Shown one piece after another: positions 17,801 to 25,321 of a stretch of DNA of 41,012 nucleotides. Position 1 is the first letter of the stretch. Each line of letters begins with the position of its first letter. The notes beneath the pieces are model-generated. The model ran no database searches, was not told the DNA's origin, and worked only from the letters and a program-made list of their open reading frames with translations. The translations under genes and the position numbers were made by a program. This DNA is from Methanomassiliicoccales archaeon (GTDB lineage Archaea > Thermoplasmatota > Thermoplasmata > Methanomassiliicoccales > JAUVWO01), in contig JAUVWO010000002.1 of the NCBI GenBank assembly GCA_030604065.1, positions 1 through 41,012 on the forward strand. Reading direction: 5' to 3'.

Positions 17801-18429
17801 AGCTGATCCAGCTGCCGGGTAAGTTCCTCAAGTATGATGCCTATGCGCTCGATGTTATCCTCTGCCTCCTGGCGCTCCCGCTTGGCCCGTTCGATATCCT
17901 CGTCGAACACAGCGATGCCGGATATATCATCCAGCAGGCGCCTGCGCTCCAGATTGCTCATCTCCACTATGCGGGTGACGTCACCCTGCTGGACAAGATT
18001 GTAACCGTCAGCGCTGATTCGCGCCTTGGCCAACAAAGAGTCGAACTCGCCCAATGTGGACTTGCGCCCATTGACGTAAAAGTAAGAGTAATAGCCCTCG
18101 CCGCTTTGAGAAAGCCTCACGATGCGGGTCAGCTTGATCATATCATAGTCGAGCGGAATGGCACGATCGGCATTATCGAACAGTAAGGACACTTTACATT
18201 GGTTCGCTGGCTTCTTGCTCTTGCCTCCATTGAATATCAGGTCGGACAGCTTCCCAGCCCGTATCGCCTTGGAGCTCTTGGGCCCCAAGACGAAGAGGAT
18301 GGCATCGGATATGTTCGACTTGCCTGAGCCATTGGGCCCAGTGACCGCAGTATATCCTTCCAACAGGGGAACGGTTACCCTATTGCCGAAAGACTTGAAG
18401 TTCTCCAGTTCGATCTGCTTAAGATACAC
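14833..18429 (-). CDS. smc: SMC chromosome segregation ATPase
   Basis: 1198 aa. N-terminal Walker A [9 protein letters not shown], long coiled-coil arms, a central hinge ([35 protein letters not shown]), and C-terminal [36 protein letters not shown]. GTG start preceded by GGAGGG (complement of 18436-18441). Confidence 0.95.
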   Translation of the reverse strand: [1198 protein letters not shown]

Positions 18430-18515
18430 TATTAGCCCTCCTTAGCGGGGGGCGAAAAACGGGTTTACCCGAGGTGACCCTGTTTCGCATCCCATCCGAC
18501 AGCCGGTTGCCCGAC

Positions 18516-18548
18516 TATTTATATGTATATATTGTTCTATATATAAAG
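18516..18548 (-). promoter_or_regulatory. AT-rich TATA cluster upstream of smc
   Basis: ctatttatatgtatatattgttctatatataaagg is the only AT-rich block between the DegT-like gene's stop (18596) and the smc start (18429). It contains several TATA-like octamers on the minus strand (cctttatatata, catataaatag). Confidence 0.4.
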
Positions 18549-18595
18549 GTTGAGGGGCCTGGGTAGTGTCTACAAGCAATGGTCCTGCAATGAGC

Positions 18596-19675
18596 TTAGC
18601 CATCGAGGAATCCGCGCACCGCCTCCACGATCCTATCTACCTCATTCTCGGTGATGTTTGGACACATTGGTAATGATAACGAGGTCCTGGAAAGTGCTTC
18701 GGCGATCGGAAAGTCGCCCTCGGCGAGACCCATCCACGAGTATGCAGGCTGTAGGTGTACCGGCAGGGGATAGTGTATGGCGGTGGAGATGTCCCTCTCT
18801 GCAAGATGGGCTGCCAGTGCATCACGGCGATCGGAACGGACCACGAATTGGTGGAACACTGACATCGTCCCTCGTGCATCGAACGCGGGTGTTTCCAAGC
18901 CATCGACACCCTCCAACCCGGCGATGTATCGACGTGCAAGCCGGCGGCGGGCCTCATTCCAGCTGTCCAGGCGGCGCAACTGCACCCGGCCGATAGCGGC
19001 ATTGACGGTGTTCAGACGGGAGGTGAACCCACACACATCATGCTCGTACTGACCGGTACGCCCGCAGTCCCTGAGCTTGGCCACCATGTCAGCTAGGTCG
19101 TCATCATCGGTGGTGACCATACCGCCGTCTCCGCCCACATTCATGTTCTTGGTCGGATAGAATGAAAAACATCCGAGATCCCCTATCGATCCGACCATCT
19201 TGCCCCCTACTTGAGAACCGTGGGCCTGAGCCGCGTCCTCCACCACCATCAATCCCTTGTCACGGGCGATGTCCATAAGCTCGGACATCCTGGCTGGCTG
19301 GCCGAATATGTGTACTGGCATCATCGCCGCGGTCCGGCCCCCCGCTGCCTTGATCACTACCTCTGGATCGATGTTGCCATCCATAGGATCGACGTCGGCG
19401 AACCGTGGCTCGCCACAGGCATGCACAACTGAGTTGGCGGTAGCGATGAAGGTGAACGGTGTGGTTATCACCTCTCGTCCTTTCACCCCTAATGCGATGA
19501 GCGCCAGTATAAGGGCGTCCGTACCCGAGGATACGGACACTGCCCGCCTGACGCCGATATAGCGGGCGAACTCCTCCTCAAAGCGGAATACGCTCTCGCC
19601 CATGACGATGCGCTCATCCCTTAAGGCGCTGGCAGCGGCCTCGACCATCTCCTCGTCCAATCGGGGCCTGCACAT
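18596..19675 (-). CDS. DegT/DnrJ/EryC1/StrS-family PLP-dependent sugar aminotransferase (WbpE/WlbC-like)
   Basis: IPMCRPRLDEEMVEAAASALRDERIVMGESVFRFEEEFARYIG is the family N-terminus, and the PLP lysine context is FSFYPTKNMNVGGDGGMVTT. The track ORF to 19780 overlaps the upstream gene. ATG 19675 is the first ATG after that gene's stop; the exact start is uncertain because the conserved I-P lies just upstream. Confidence 0.87.
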   Translation of the reverse strand: MCRPRLDEEMVEAAASALRDERIVMGESVFRFEEEFARYIGVRRAVSVSSGTDALILALIALGVKGREVITTPFTFIATANSVVHACGEPRFADVDPMDGNIDPEVVIKAAGGRTAAMMPVHIFGQPARMSELMDIARDKGLMVVEDAAQAHGSQVGGKMVGSIGDLGCFSFYPTKNMNVGGDGGMVTTDDDDLADMVAKLRDCGRTGQYEHDVCGFTSRLNTVNAAIGRVQLRRLDSWNEARRRLARRYIAGLEGVDGLETPAFDARGTMSVFHQFVVRSDRRDALAAHLAERDISTAIHYPLPVHLQPAYSWMGLAEGDFPIAEALSRTSLSLPMCPNITENEVDRIVEAVRGFLDG

Positions 19676-19688
19676 CGGGATCAGGTCA

Positions 19689-20150
19689 TCACCTTCCGAT
19701 GCTACGGGCCGGATTGCCGACCACCACGTCGCCTGCGGCCACATCATGAGTGACGACTGCTCCGGCGCCCACTTGGGCACCGCTGCCGATGGTCACGCCG
19801 CATACTATCACTGAACCAGCACCGATGGATGCACCATCCTCCACCATAGTAGGGACGATCTCCCAGTCACCGGTGGCCCTGGGACGGCGATCGTTGGTGA
19901 ACGTGACCCGGGGACCGATGAAGACCTCATTGCCCATGGTAACGCCCGGAGGTATGAAGCTGAAGGCACCCACCTTGCATCGATCGCCGATGTTCACTTC
20001 CGAACCCATCTCCACATAAGATGCGATCCTGCAATCCCTACCGATGCGGCATCCGTACAGATTGCAGAAGCTCTGGATGACCGTGCCCTCCCCGATCTTG
20101 CATCCGTCGATGCGGTTGTACTCGCCCATCAACTTCATATGTCCAGTCAT
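19689..20150 (-). CDS. Hexapeptide-repeat (left-handed beta-helix) sugar N-acetyltransferase (WbpD/WlbB-like)
   Basis: 153 aa made almost entirely of hexapeptide repeats (IGEGTVIQ, IGRDCRIA, IGDRCKVG, IGAGSVIV, IGSGAQVG), ending VVVGNPARSIGR. Confidence 0.84.
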   Translation of the reverse strand: MTGHMKLMGEYNRIDGCKIGEGTVIQSFCNLYGCRIGRDCRIASYVEMGSEVNIGDRCKVGAFSFIPPGVTMGNEVFIGPRVTFTNDRRPRATGDWEIVPTMVEDGASIGAGSVIVCGVTIGSGAQVGAGAVVTHDVAAGDVVVGNPARSIGR

Positions 20151-20161
20151 CTACTGGTACT

Positions 20162-20210
20162 CTTATTAATTCTTGCTCCACCCCAGGTCGACGTTCGAAC
20201 CTTTTATTAG
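20162..20210. promoter_or_regulatory. Divergent promoter spacer with two TATA-like boxes
   Basis: cttattaattc (20162-20172) serves the minus-strand acetyltransferase gene. cttttattag (20201-20210) lies about 27 nt upstream of ATG 20233, implying a leaderless GT2 transcript. Confidence 0.4.
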
Positions 20211-20232
20211 CCGATAGGACATCAACGCTTCG

Positions 20233-21021
20233 ATGCTGATCTCCATCGTACTCAAGATCCTGAACGAGGAGGACAACATAGCCGATCTGCTGGACTCACT
20301 GGTGATACAGGAGGGGCCCATCGAGATCGTGATCGTGGATGCGGACTCCGATGACCGCACCCATGAGATCGTATCCGACTACATGGAGCGATACCCTTTT
20401 ATCCATCTCCACATCAAGCGCGGCAGCCGGGGAGTAGGTCTTAATCACGGATTGAGCTTGGCCCAAGGGGACGTCATCGCCCTTACCGATGGCGATTGCA
20501 TCGCCAACCCCAATTGGGTCAGCAGTATACGCCACACCATGACCGCAGGGGCCAGTATGATGGCCGGCCGGTCCATCAACATAGGGTTGAAAGCATGGGA
20601 GGAACTGGATCGGGTGGAGCTGAACTACAAGGGCGTGGACTGCACCTGGCCGGGATGCAACCTCGCCCTGATACGTGAGGTGTACGAAAAGGTAGGTGGT
20701 GTCGATCCCTGGTTCATCACCGCCGAGGATATCGACTTCAACTTTCGAGTCATCGAGGCCGGCTTCAGCATCGAGCACGATCCAGGGATGATCGTCTATA
20801 ACCGTACCAGGTCGACGGTGTACGGATTCGTACGCCAGGCGTTCTGGAACGGGGCGGGCAGGAAACAGCTAACCCTAAAGCACGGTCGCCTCTGGCAGAG
20901 CTATGACCCCTTGCGCATGTTCAGGCAGAGGATGACGTTCTGGGCCATGATACGGTTGGTGTTCGCCATGATGGGATACATCGGTTTCAAGCTGTTCGGG
21001 GACAAAGGGCCGTATCAGTGA
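20233..21021 (+). CDS. Family 2 glycosyltransferase
   Basis: 262 aa. ISIVLKILNEEDNIADLLDSLV, VIVDADSDDRT and LTDGDC (a DxD-like motif) form a typical GT2 N-terminal Rossmann domain. Confidence 0.84.
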   Translation: MLISIVLKILNEEDNIADLLDSLVIQEGPIEIVIVDADSDDRTHEIVSDYMERYPFIHLHIKRGSRGVGLNHGLSLAQGDVIALTDGDCIANPNWVSSIRHTMTAGASMMAGRSINIGLKAWEELDRVELNYKGVDCTWPGCNLALIREVYEKVGGVDPWFITAEDIDFNFRVIEAGFSIEHDPGMIVYNRTRSTVYGFVRQAFWNGAGRKQLTLKHGRLWQSYDPLRMFRQRMTFWAMIRLVFAMMGYIGFKLFGDKGPYQ

Positions 21022-21758
21022 GTGTGACTAGAAGCCATTATATTCCCTTATTGAATAGTCCGCCTGATCAGATGGACCTCTCCGTGTTAATACCCACTAT
21101 GAACGAGGAAGCGTCGATCGGCAGCGTGCTCGACGATGCCCGCTCTGCCCTCGATGGTGCCGGCATCGCCTATGAGATACTCGTCGTGGACACCGATTCC
21201 AAGGACCGCACCCGGGAGATCGCGATCGAGCGGGGAGCCAAGGTTATCGATGAGCCCCGCCGCGGATACGGCCGGGCCTACAGGACGGGTTTCGCCGCCG
21301 CCACTGGCGACGTCATCGCCACCCTTGACGCCGACTGCACCTATCCTGCCGAGGACATCCCATCACTATACCAACAACTGCTCGATGAGGATCTGGACTT
21401 CATAACCACCAACCGATTCGCCCGACTCGAAGAGGGGGCCATGAGCACCAAGCACCGATTCGGGAACTGGGCATTGACATTCTCCACCAATCTGCTGTTC
21501 CGTGTCAGGATAAAGGATTCGCAAAGCGGTATGTGGGTTTTCAGGCGGAGCATACTCGATGTTCTTAGCCTGACCTCAGATGGCATGCCCATGTCTGAGG
21601 AGATCAAGATCGAGGCATTCCGCCGTTCCAAAGCCACCGAAGTGCCGATCACCTATCGCCGGAGGGTGGGAGAAGTGAAACTTTCTTCGTGGAAGGACGG
21701 CCGCGAGAACCTGCTGTTCATTTGGCGCAAGCGATTCTCTAGAGGAACTCGTCCCTGA
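21018..21758 (+). CDS. Family 2 glycosyltransferase, dolichyl/polyprenyl-phosphate glycosyltransferase-like
   Basis: LSVLIPTMNEEASIGSVL, ILVVDTDSKDRT, GYGRAYRTGF and TLDADCTYP resemble DPM1/AglD-type enzymes. GTG 21018 overlaps the upstream stop; alternative ATG at 21072 (MDLSVLIP). Confidence 0.84.
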   Translation: MSVTRSHYIPLLNSPPDQMDLSVLIPTMNEEASIGSVLDDARSALDGAGIAYEILVVDTDSKDRTREIAIERGAKVIDEPRRGYGRAYRTGFAAATGDVIATLDADCTYPAEDIPSLYQQLLDEDLDFITTNRFARLEEGAMSTKHRFGNWALTFSTNLLFRVRIKDSQSGMWVFRRSILDVLSLTSDGMPMSEEIKIEAFRRSKATEVPITYRRRVGEVKLSSWKDGRENLLFIWRKRFSRGTRP

Positions 21759-22269
21759 TCGTGGATAGGGTCCTACGAAGACCTTCCCGGGCCTTTAGGT
21801 TGAATAGGCACGCCGATGGATGATAGGTGGGTATAAGGTTGATAGCGACGCCGTCGATGGATACTTGCATGCGAGTGTTGGCCGCCTCCTCCAGCGTCAC
21901 CTCCCTGCCCAGGAGGCTACGGCAGGCCGACCGGCCCATGGCCACGATCACCATGCGATCACTTAGCTCCTGCAGCAGATAAGGCCGACAGGCGGCCATC
22001 TCATCGCCCTTGGGCCTGCGGTTGTCTGGGGGCCTGCACTTCACCGTATTGGTTATCATGAGCGCCTCCCTTGGGATCCCTTCCTCGATAAGCAAACGAT
22101 CCAGCATGCCGCCGGCCTTGCCCACGAACGGACGGCCGAGACGGTCCTCGTTGGCTCCGGGAGCCTCGCCCACCAAGACCACAGGGGATCTGAGATCCCC
22201 CGATGGTGGCACCACCATGGTGCGGGTGCGGCACAAGCGGCAACGCTCGCACTCCATATCAAGGATCAT
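21739..22269 (-). CDS. udg: Family 4 uracil-DNA glycosylase (Fe-S type)
   Basis: CERCRLC near the N-terminus, GEAPGANEDRLGRPFVGKAGGMLD, and C-terminal TYHPSA. Starts: ATG 22269 (overlaps the pyrE end) or ATG 22257 (1 nt after the pyrE stop). The track uses TTG 22275. Confidence 0.87.
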   Translation of the reverse strand: MILDMECERCRLCRTRTMVVPPSGDLRSPVVLVGEAPGANEDRLGRPFVGKAGGMLDRLLIEEGIPREALMITNTVKCRPPDNRRPKGDEMAACRPYLLQELSDRMVIVAMGRSACRSLLGREVTLEEAANTRMQVSIDGVAINLIPTYHPSACLFNLKAREGLRRTLSTIRDEFL

Positions 22270-22783
22270 CGACAATGTCCTCCGCTCTGATCAGGGCATG
22301 GAGCCTGACGCCTACGCCCCACAGCCGTTCTTGGCCCCCGGACTGCCGGTCGATCACCGCCAGCACATCCTCGACCACGGCCCCCTGTGATCTCAGGGTC
22401 TCGATCGCCGCGACCACCGAGCCACCGGAGGTGATGACATCCTCCACCACGAGAACCCGGGCCCCTGGAGACAGATCGCCCTCCACAAGTCGCGATGTCC
22501 CATGATCCTTGCGCTCCTTACGAACCATCACGTAGCGGTTGCCAGTGACCAAGGAGAGAGCCACCGCCAGTGGCACCGAACCCAGCACCACGCCGCCTAT
22601 CACGTCGTGGTCGATGTCCTCGGACTCTCGGCACATGGCCTGGGCGATGATACCCAGTACCTCAGGGTCCGTGCTCGCCCTCTTGATGTCGATGTAATAC
22701 CTGCTATTCTCACCAGAGGCCAGGGTGAATTCACCGTGCATAATGGCCCCGCACTCTGTCAATACTTCCTTGAGGTCCTTCAT
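22259..22783 (-). CDS. pyrE: Orotate phosphoribosyltransferase
   Basis: GEFTLASGENSRYYIDIK and the PRPP loop VLVVEDVITSGGS. Start set to ATG 22783 (MKDLKEVL), 4 nt after the carS stop. The track extension to 22810 overlaps carS. Confidence 0.9.
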   Translation of the reverse strand: MKDLKEVLTECGAIMHGEFTLASGENSRYYIDIKRASTDPEVLGIIAQAMCRESEDIDHDVIGGVVLGSVPLAVALSLVTGNRYVMVRKERKDHGTSRLVEGDLSPGARVLVVEDVITSGGSVVAAIETLRSQGAVVEDVLAVIDRQSGGQERLWGVGVRLHALIRAEDIVDDP

Positions 22784-22787
22784 CTGT

Positions 22788-23366
22788 TCACCACGGTACA
22801 TCCTTGGCACCCATCTTGTACCCTAAGACATTCACCAATCGGTGCAGCAACGGTGTCAGTATGACCACGAACAGCAGGCCGTATATGGCACCGCCGTTCA
22901 CCAGATGATCCATGAACCAACTGGTGCTGGTGAGCAAGGTCAGACCGTAAGCACCTATGAGAAAATCATACTGGTCCAGCACCGGAGCCTTGGCACCACG
23001 GGCCAATCCTATCCTTCGCTTGAGGAACGAGCCACCTATATCTCCCAGAAGCGAACCCAGTGCCAGACTGAACATGGGCACCAGGCAGTCCGGGAACCCG
23101 CCGAAGTCCCATGGTTCACCCAGCCCGAGAAGGGTAGCGATCAGATACAGCATCATCCCCAGAAGCAGGCCGGACAGGGTTCCCCCCATAAGACCCGTCC
23201 ATGTCTTGCCATCACCCAAAAGTCTGCTGCCACCCCATGACCGCCCCATATCCACAGGCGCGCCACCTCCGAATATCACTGCAGCGGAGTTGGGCAGGAG
23301 CGCCGGAAGCGTGAGCCATAGAACGCTTATGGCGATGATCACCGGGTGCATGCATGAACATCCCAT
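22788..23366 (-). CDS. carS: CDP-archaeol synthase (CarS, DUF46)
   Basis: LPALLPNSAAVIFGGGAPVDMGR, LGDGKTWTGLMGG, GDIGGSFLKRRIG, VLDQYDF and C-terminal YKMGAKDVPW match the CarS family. Start is ATG 23366 or ATG 23351; the latter gives an N-terminal length closer to CarS homologues I recall. Confidence 0.85.
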   Translation of the reverse strand: MGCSCMHPVIIAISVLWLTLPALLPNSAAVIFGGGAPVDMGRSWGGSRLLGDGKTWTGLMGGTLSGLLLGMMLYLIATLLGLGEPWDFGGFPDCLVPMFSLALGSLLGDIGGSFLKRRIGLARGAKAPVLDQYDFLIGAYGLTLLTSTSWFMDHLVNGGAIYGLLFVVILTPLLHRLVNVLGYKMGAKDVPW

Positions 23367-23383
23367 CGTCGGTAATAAACCTT

Positions 23384-25264
23384 TTATCCATCCAAGAAGG
23401 CCTTCACCTCGGCCACCGGGTCCTGGCATGGGGTGCTACCCAACAACTCACTGAACCTCTTCGCCCTCTCATCGAGGATCACCGCCATGCCTCGATCCTG
23501 CTCGGAACGGATCAATCGACCAATGGCCTGCTGCATCCTTCGCACCGCTGGCACCTTGACCGTGTAATCCCATCCTCTCCCGAATCGCAGGTCATTATAG
23601 TGCATCAACGCCCTCTGCCTAGCTGTAGGCTTGGGGTAGGGTATGCCGACCAGTACCGCCAGCTCTAGCGCATCGCCAGGAAAATCCATGCCCTCTGCAA
23701 CCCTGCCCCCCATTACGGCGAACATCACCGTATCCCGGTGCTCGCTGAACCGGGTCACGGTGTCCATGAGCTCACTCTGCGACATGCCCCGTCGCTCGAT
23801 GGATACCCTGTGCCTGATGTCGGGAACACATCGATGGGCCATGGACTCCATCAATGTATGGGATGGGAAGAACACCATGGTATTGACATCCACCGCATTC
23901 GCCAGCTCCACTATCTGATCTGCGATCCTGCGCCTGGCCTCTGGGTCTCGTGTCATCACTTCGTAGCGGGTGGTCACCCCGGGCACATGCACCACCCGAC
24001 GATTCTCCGGTGGGAACGGGGAGGCCATGTGCCTCATCATCGTGTCCTGTGGCAACCCCAGGGAGTCCCGATACTCCTCCATAGGGGTCAGAGTGCCCGA
24101 CATGCTCACGGTGGCGTGGCTATCACGCATTGCCCCAGCGGCGATGGATGGATCGAGACAATAACTTTGGAACGATGGATTATCGCCACCTATGATCAGG
24201 CGCACATGGTGCTCCTCATCCATCTGCATCCAATATGTGAGGAACGCCCCCAGGGAGTGCATGTGCGATCGCGGCAGCCGCCCCATCCGTCGCTTGCTCT
24301 CCCGCACCACATCCCCGTACACCATCAGGTCATTTGCCATGGCTCCCAGACTGTGGCTGGTGGTGCGGAAATCGGTCATGAGCCCCTCGACTATGAAGTC
24401 TGGCGGTATCAAGCCGTCCTCGTCCAGCAGATACTCGGCCTGGGCCACATCAAGCAACCCCATCATGGACTGATTGAGATCCCGGGCACTCACCCCTTCT
24501 TTGACCTCTGGATCTCCGAAGTCGTCGATCTCCCTATCGACCATTGACAGCATCCGATCGGAGGCTGTCAATGTGTTGATCTCCCTGGCGTACTCGGGCA
24601 GGTTATGGGCCTCATCGATCACCAGTATCACATCGGTCATTGGTATGTTGAGCCACCCGAGGAACCTGTCCCGGATGAAAGGAACGAAGAAGTATGCGTA
24701 GGGGGCGGTGACCACATGCGCATAGGCCACCATCTCCTTCATCATCTCATAGGGGCACAGGCCCCGATCCTCGCAGTGCTCAATGAACCCCTCCACGGTT
24801 GGTAGCTCGGAGCGGCACCATGTCAGCAGCGAAGCCGTGTCCACCTCCCGTGTGGCCTTGTAGAATGGGCAGCCTTTACCCTCTCCGGACATAGCACGCC
24901 TCTTGCGCTCCTGACACATGCGAGAGAGCTCATCGGGGCTGCCAGAGCTTAGTTCGGGGTCGTCACGCGCCACCGGGCAGGAGCTCTTGCGGCCCTGCAC
25001 CCCCATGGCAAATGCCCCAAGAGACGGCGCCAGCTGCCGCATCTCCAACATCACCTGGCGCTGCTGGGAGTTGGTACGGGTCAGGTACACGACCTTACGG
25101 CCATGGGCCATGGCCTCGGCCAATGCGCCCACCAGCGAGCAAACGGTCTTCCCGGTACCAGTACCGCTCTCCAGCACCAGGTTGGTTCCCCGCATCACGG
25201 TAGAGCGTACCAGCTGGCAAAATTGGATCTGCCCCTCACGGGGGCTGTACGGGAACCCATCCAT
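23384..25264 (-). CDS. xpd: XPD/Rad3-type 5'-3' DNA helicase (SF2, Fe-S domain)
   Basis: Walker A ESGTGTGKT, DEAH box VIDEAHNL, cysteines spaced as in the XPD 4Fe-4S domain (SSCPV...MCQ...GCPFY...LCPYE), and C-terminal motifs QAIGRLIRSEQDRG. ATG 25264 (MDGFPYSPREGQ) is preceded by ggtgg; the track uses GTG 25276. Confidence 0.92.
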   Translation of the reverse strand: MDGFPYSPREGQIQFCQLVRSTVMRGTNLVLESGTGTGKTVCSLVGALAEAMAHGRKVVYLTRTNSQQRQVMLEMRQLAPSLGAFAMGVQGRKSSCPVARDDPELSSGSPDELSRMCQERKRRAMSGEGKGCPFYKATREVDTASLLTWCRSELPTVEGFIEHCEDRGLCPYEMMKEMVAYAHVVTAPYAYFFVPFIRDRFLGWLNIPMTDVILVIDEAHNLPEYAREINTLTASDRMLSMVDREIDDFGDPEVKEGVSARDLNQSMMGLLDVAQAEYLLDEDGLIPPDFIVEGLMTDFRTTSHSLGAMANDLMVYGDVVRESKRRMGRLPRSHMHSLGAFLTYWMQMDEEHHVRLIIGGDNPSFQSYCLDPSIAAGAMRDSHATVSMSGTLTPMEEYRDSLGLPQDTMMRHMASPFPPENRRVVHVPGVTTRYEVMTRDPEARRRIADQIVELANAVDVNTMVFFPSHTLMESMAHRCVPDIRHRVSIERRGMSQSELMDTVTRFSEHRDTVMFAVMGGRVAEGMDFPGDALELAVLVGIPYPKPTARQRALMHYNDLRFGRGWDYTVKVPAVRRMQQAIGRLIRSEQDRGMAVILDERAKRFSELLGSTPCQDPVAEVKAFLDG

Positions 25265-25321
25265 CCCTTGGACCACCGACTTTCACGAGAATACGTTTTC
25301 GGCGGGGTCCTTGAAAGTAGT

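Noticed and set aside
15470-18445. Series of plus-strand ORFs inside smc (for example 16498..17046, 17722..18186)
   Set aside because: They lie antisense to a 1198-aa SMC gene with intact Walker A, hinge and signature motifs. The shadow ORFs are Ser/Leu/Arg-rich and carry no signals.
18430-18595. Possible replication origin in AT-rich spacers (also 25817..25989)
   Set aside because: No ORB or mini-ORB-like repeats were found, no orc1/cdc6 gene is nearby, and the spacers are short enough to be explained by promoters and terminators.
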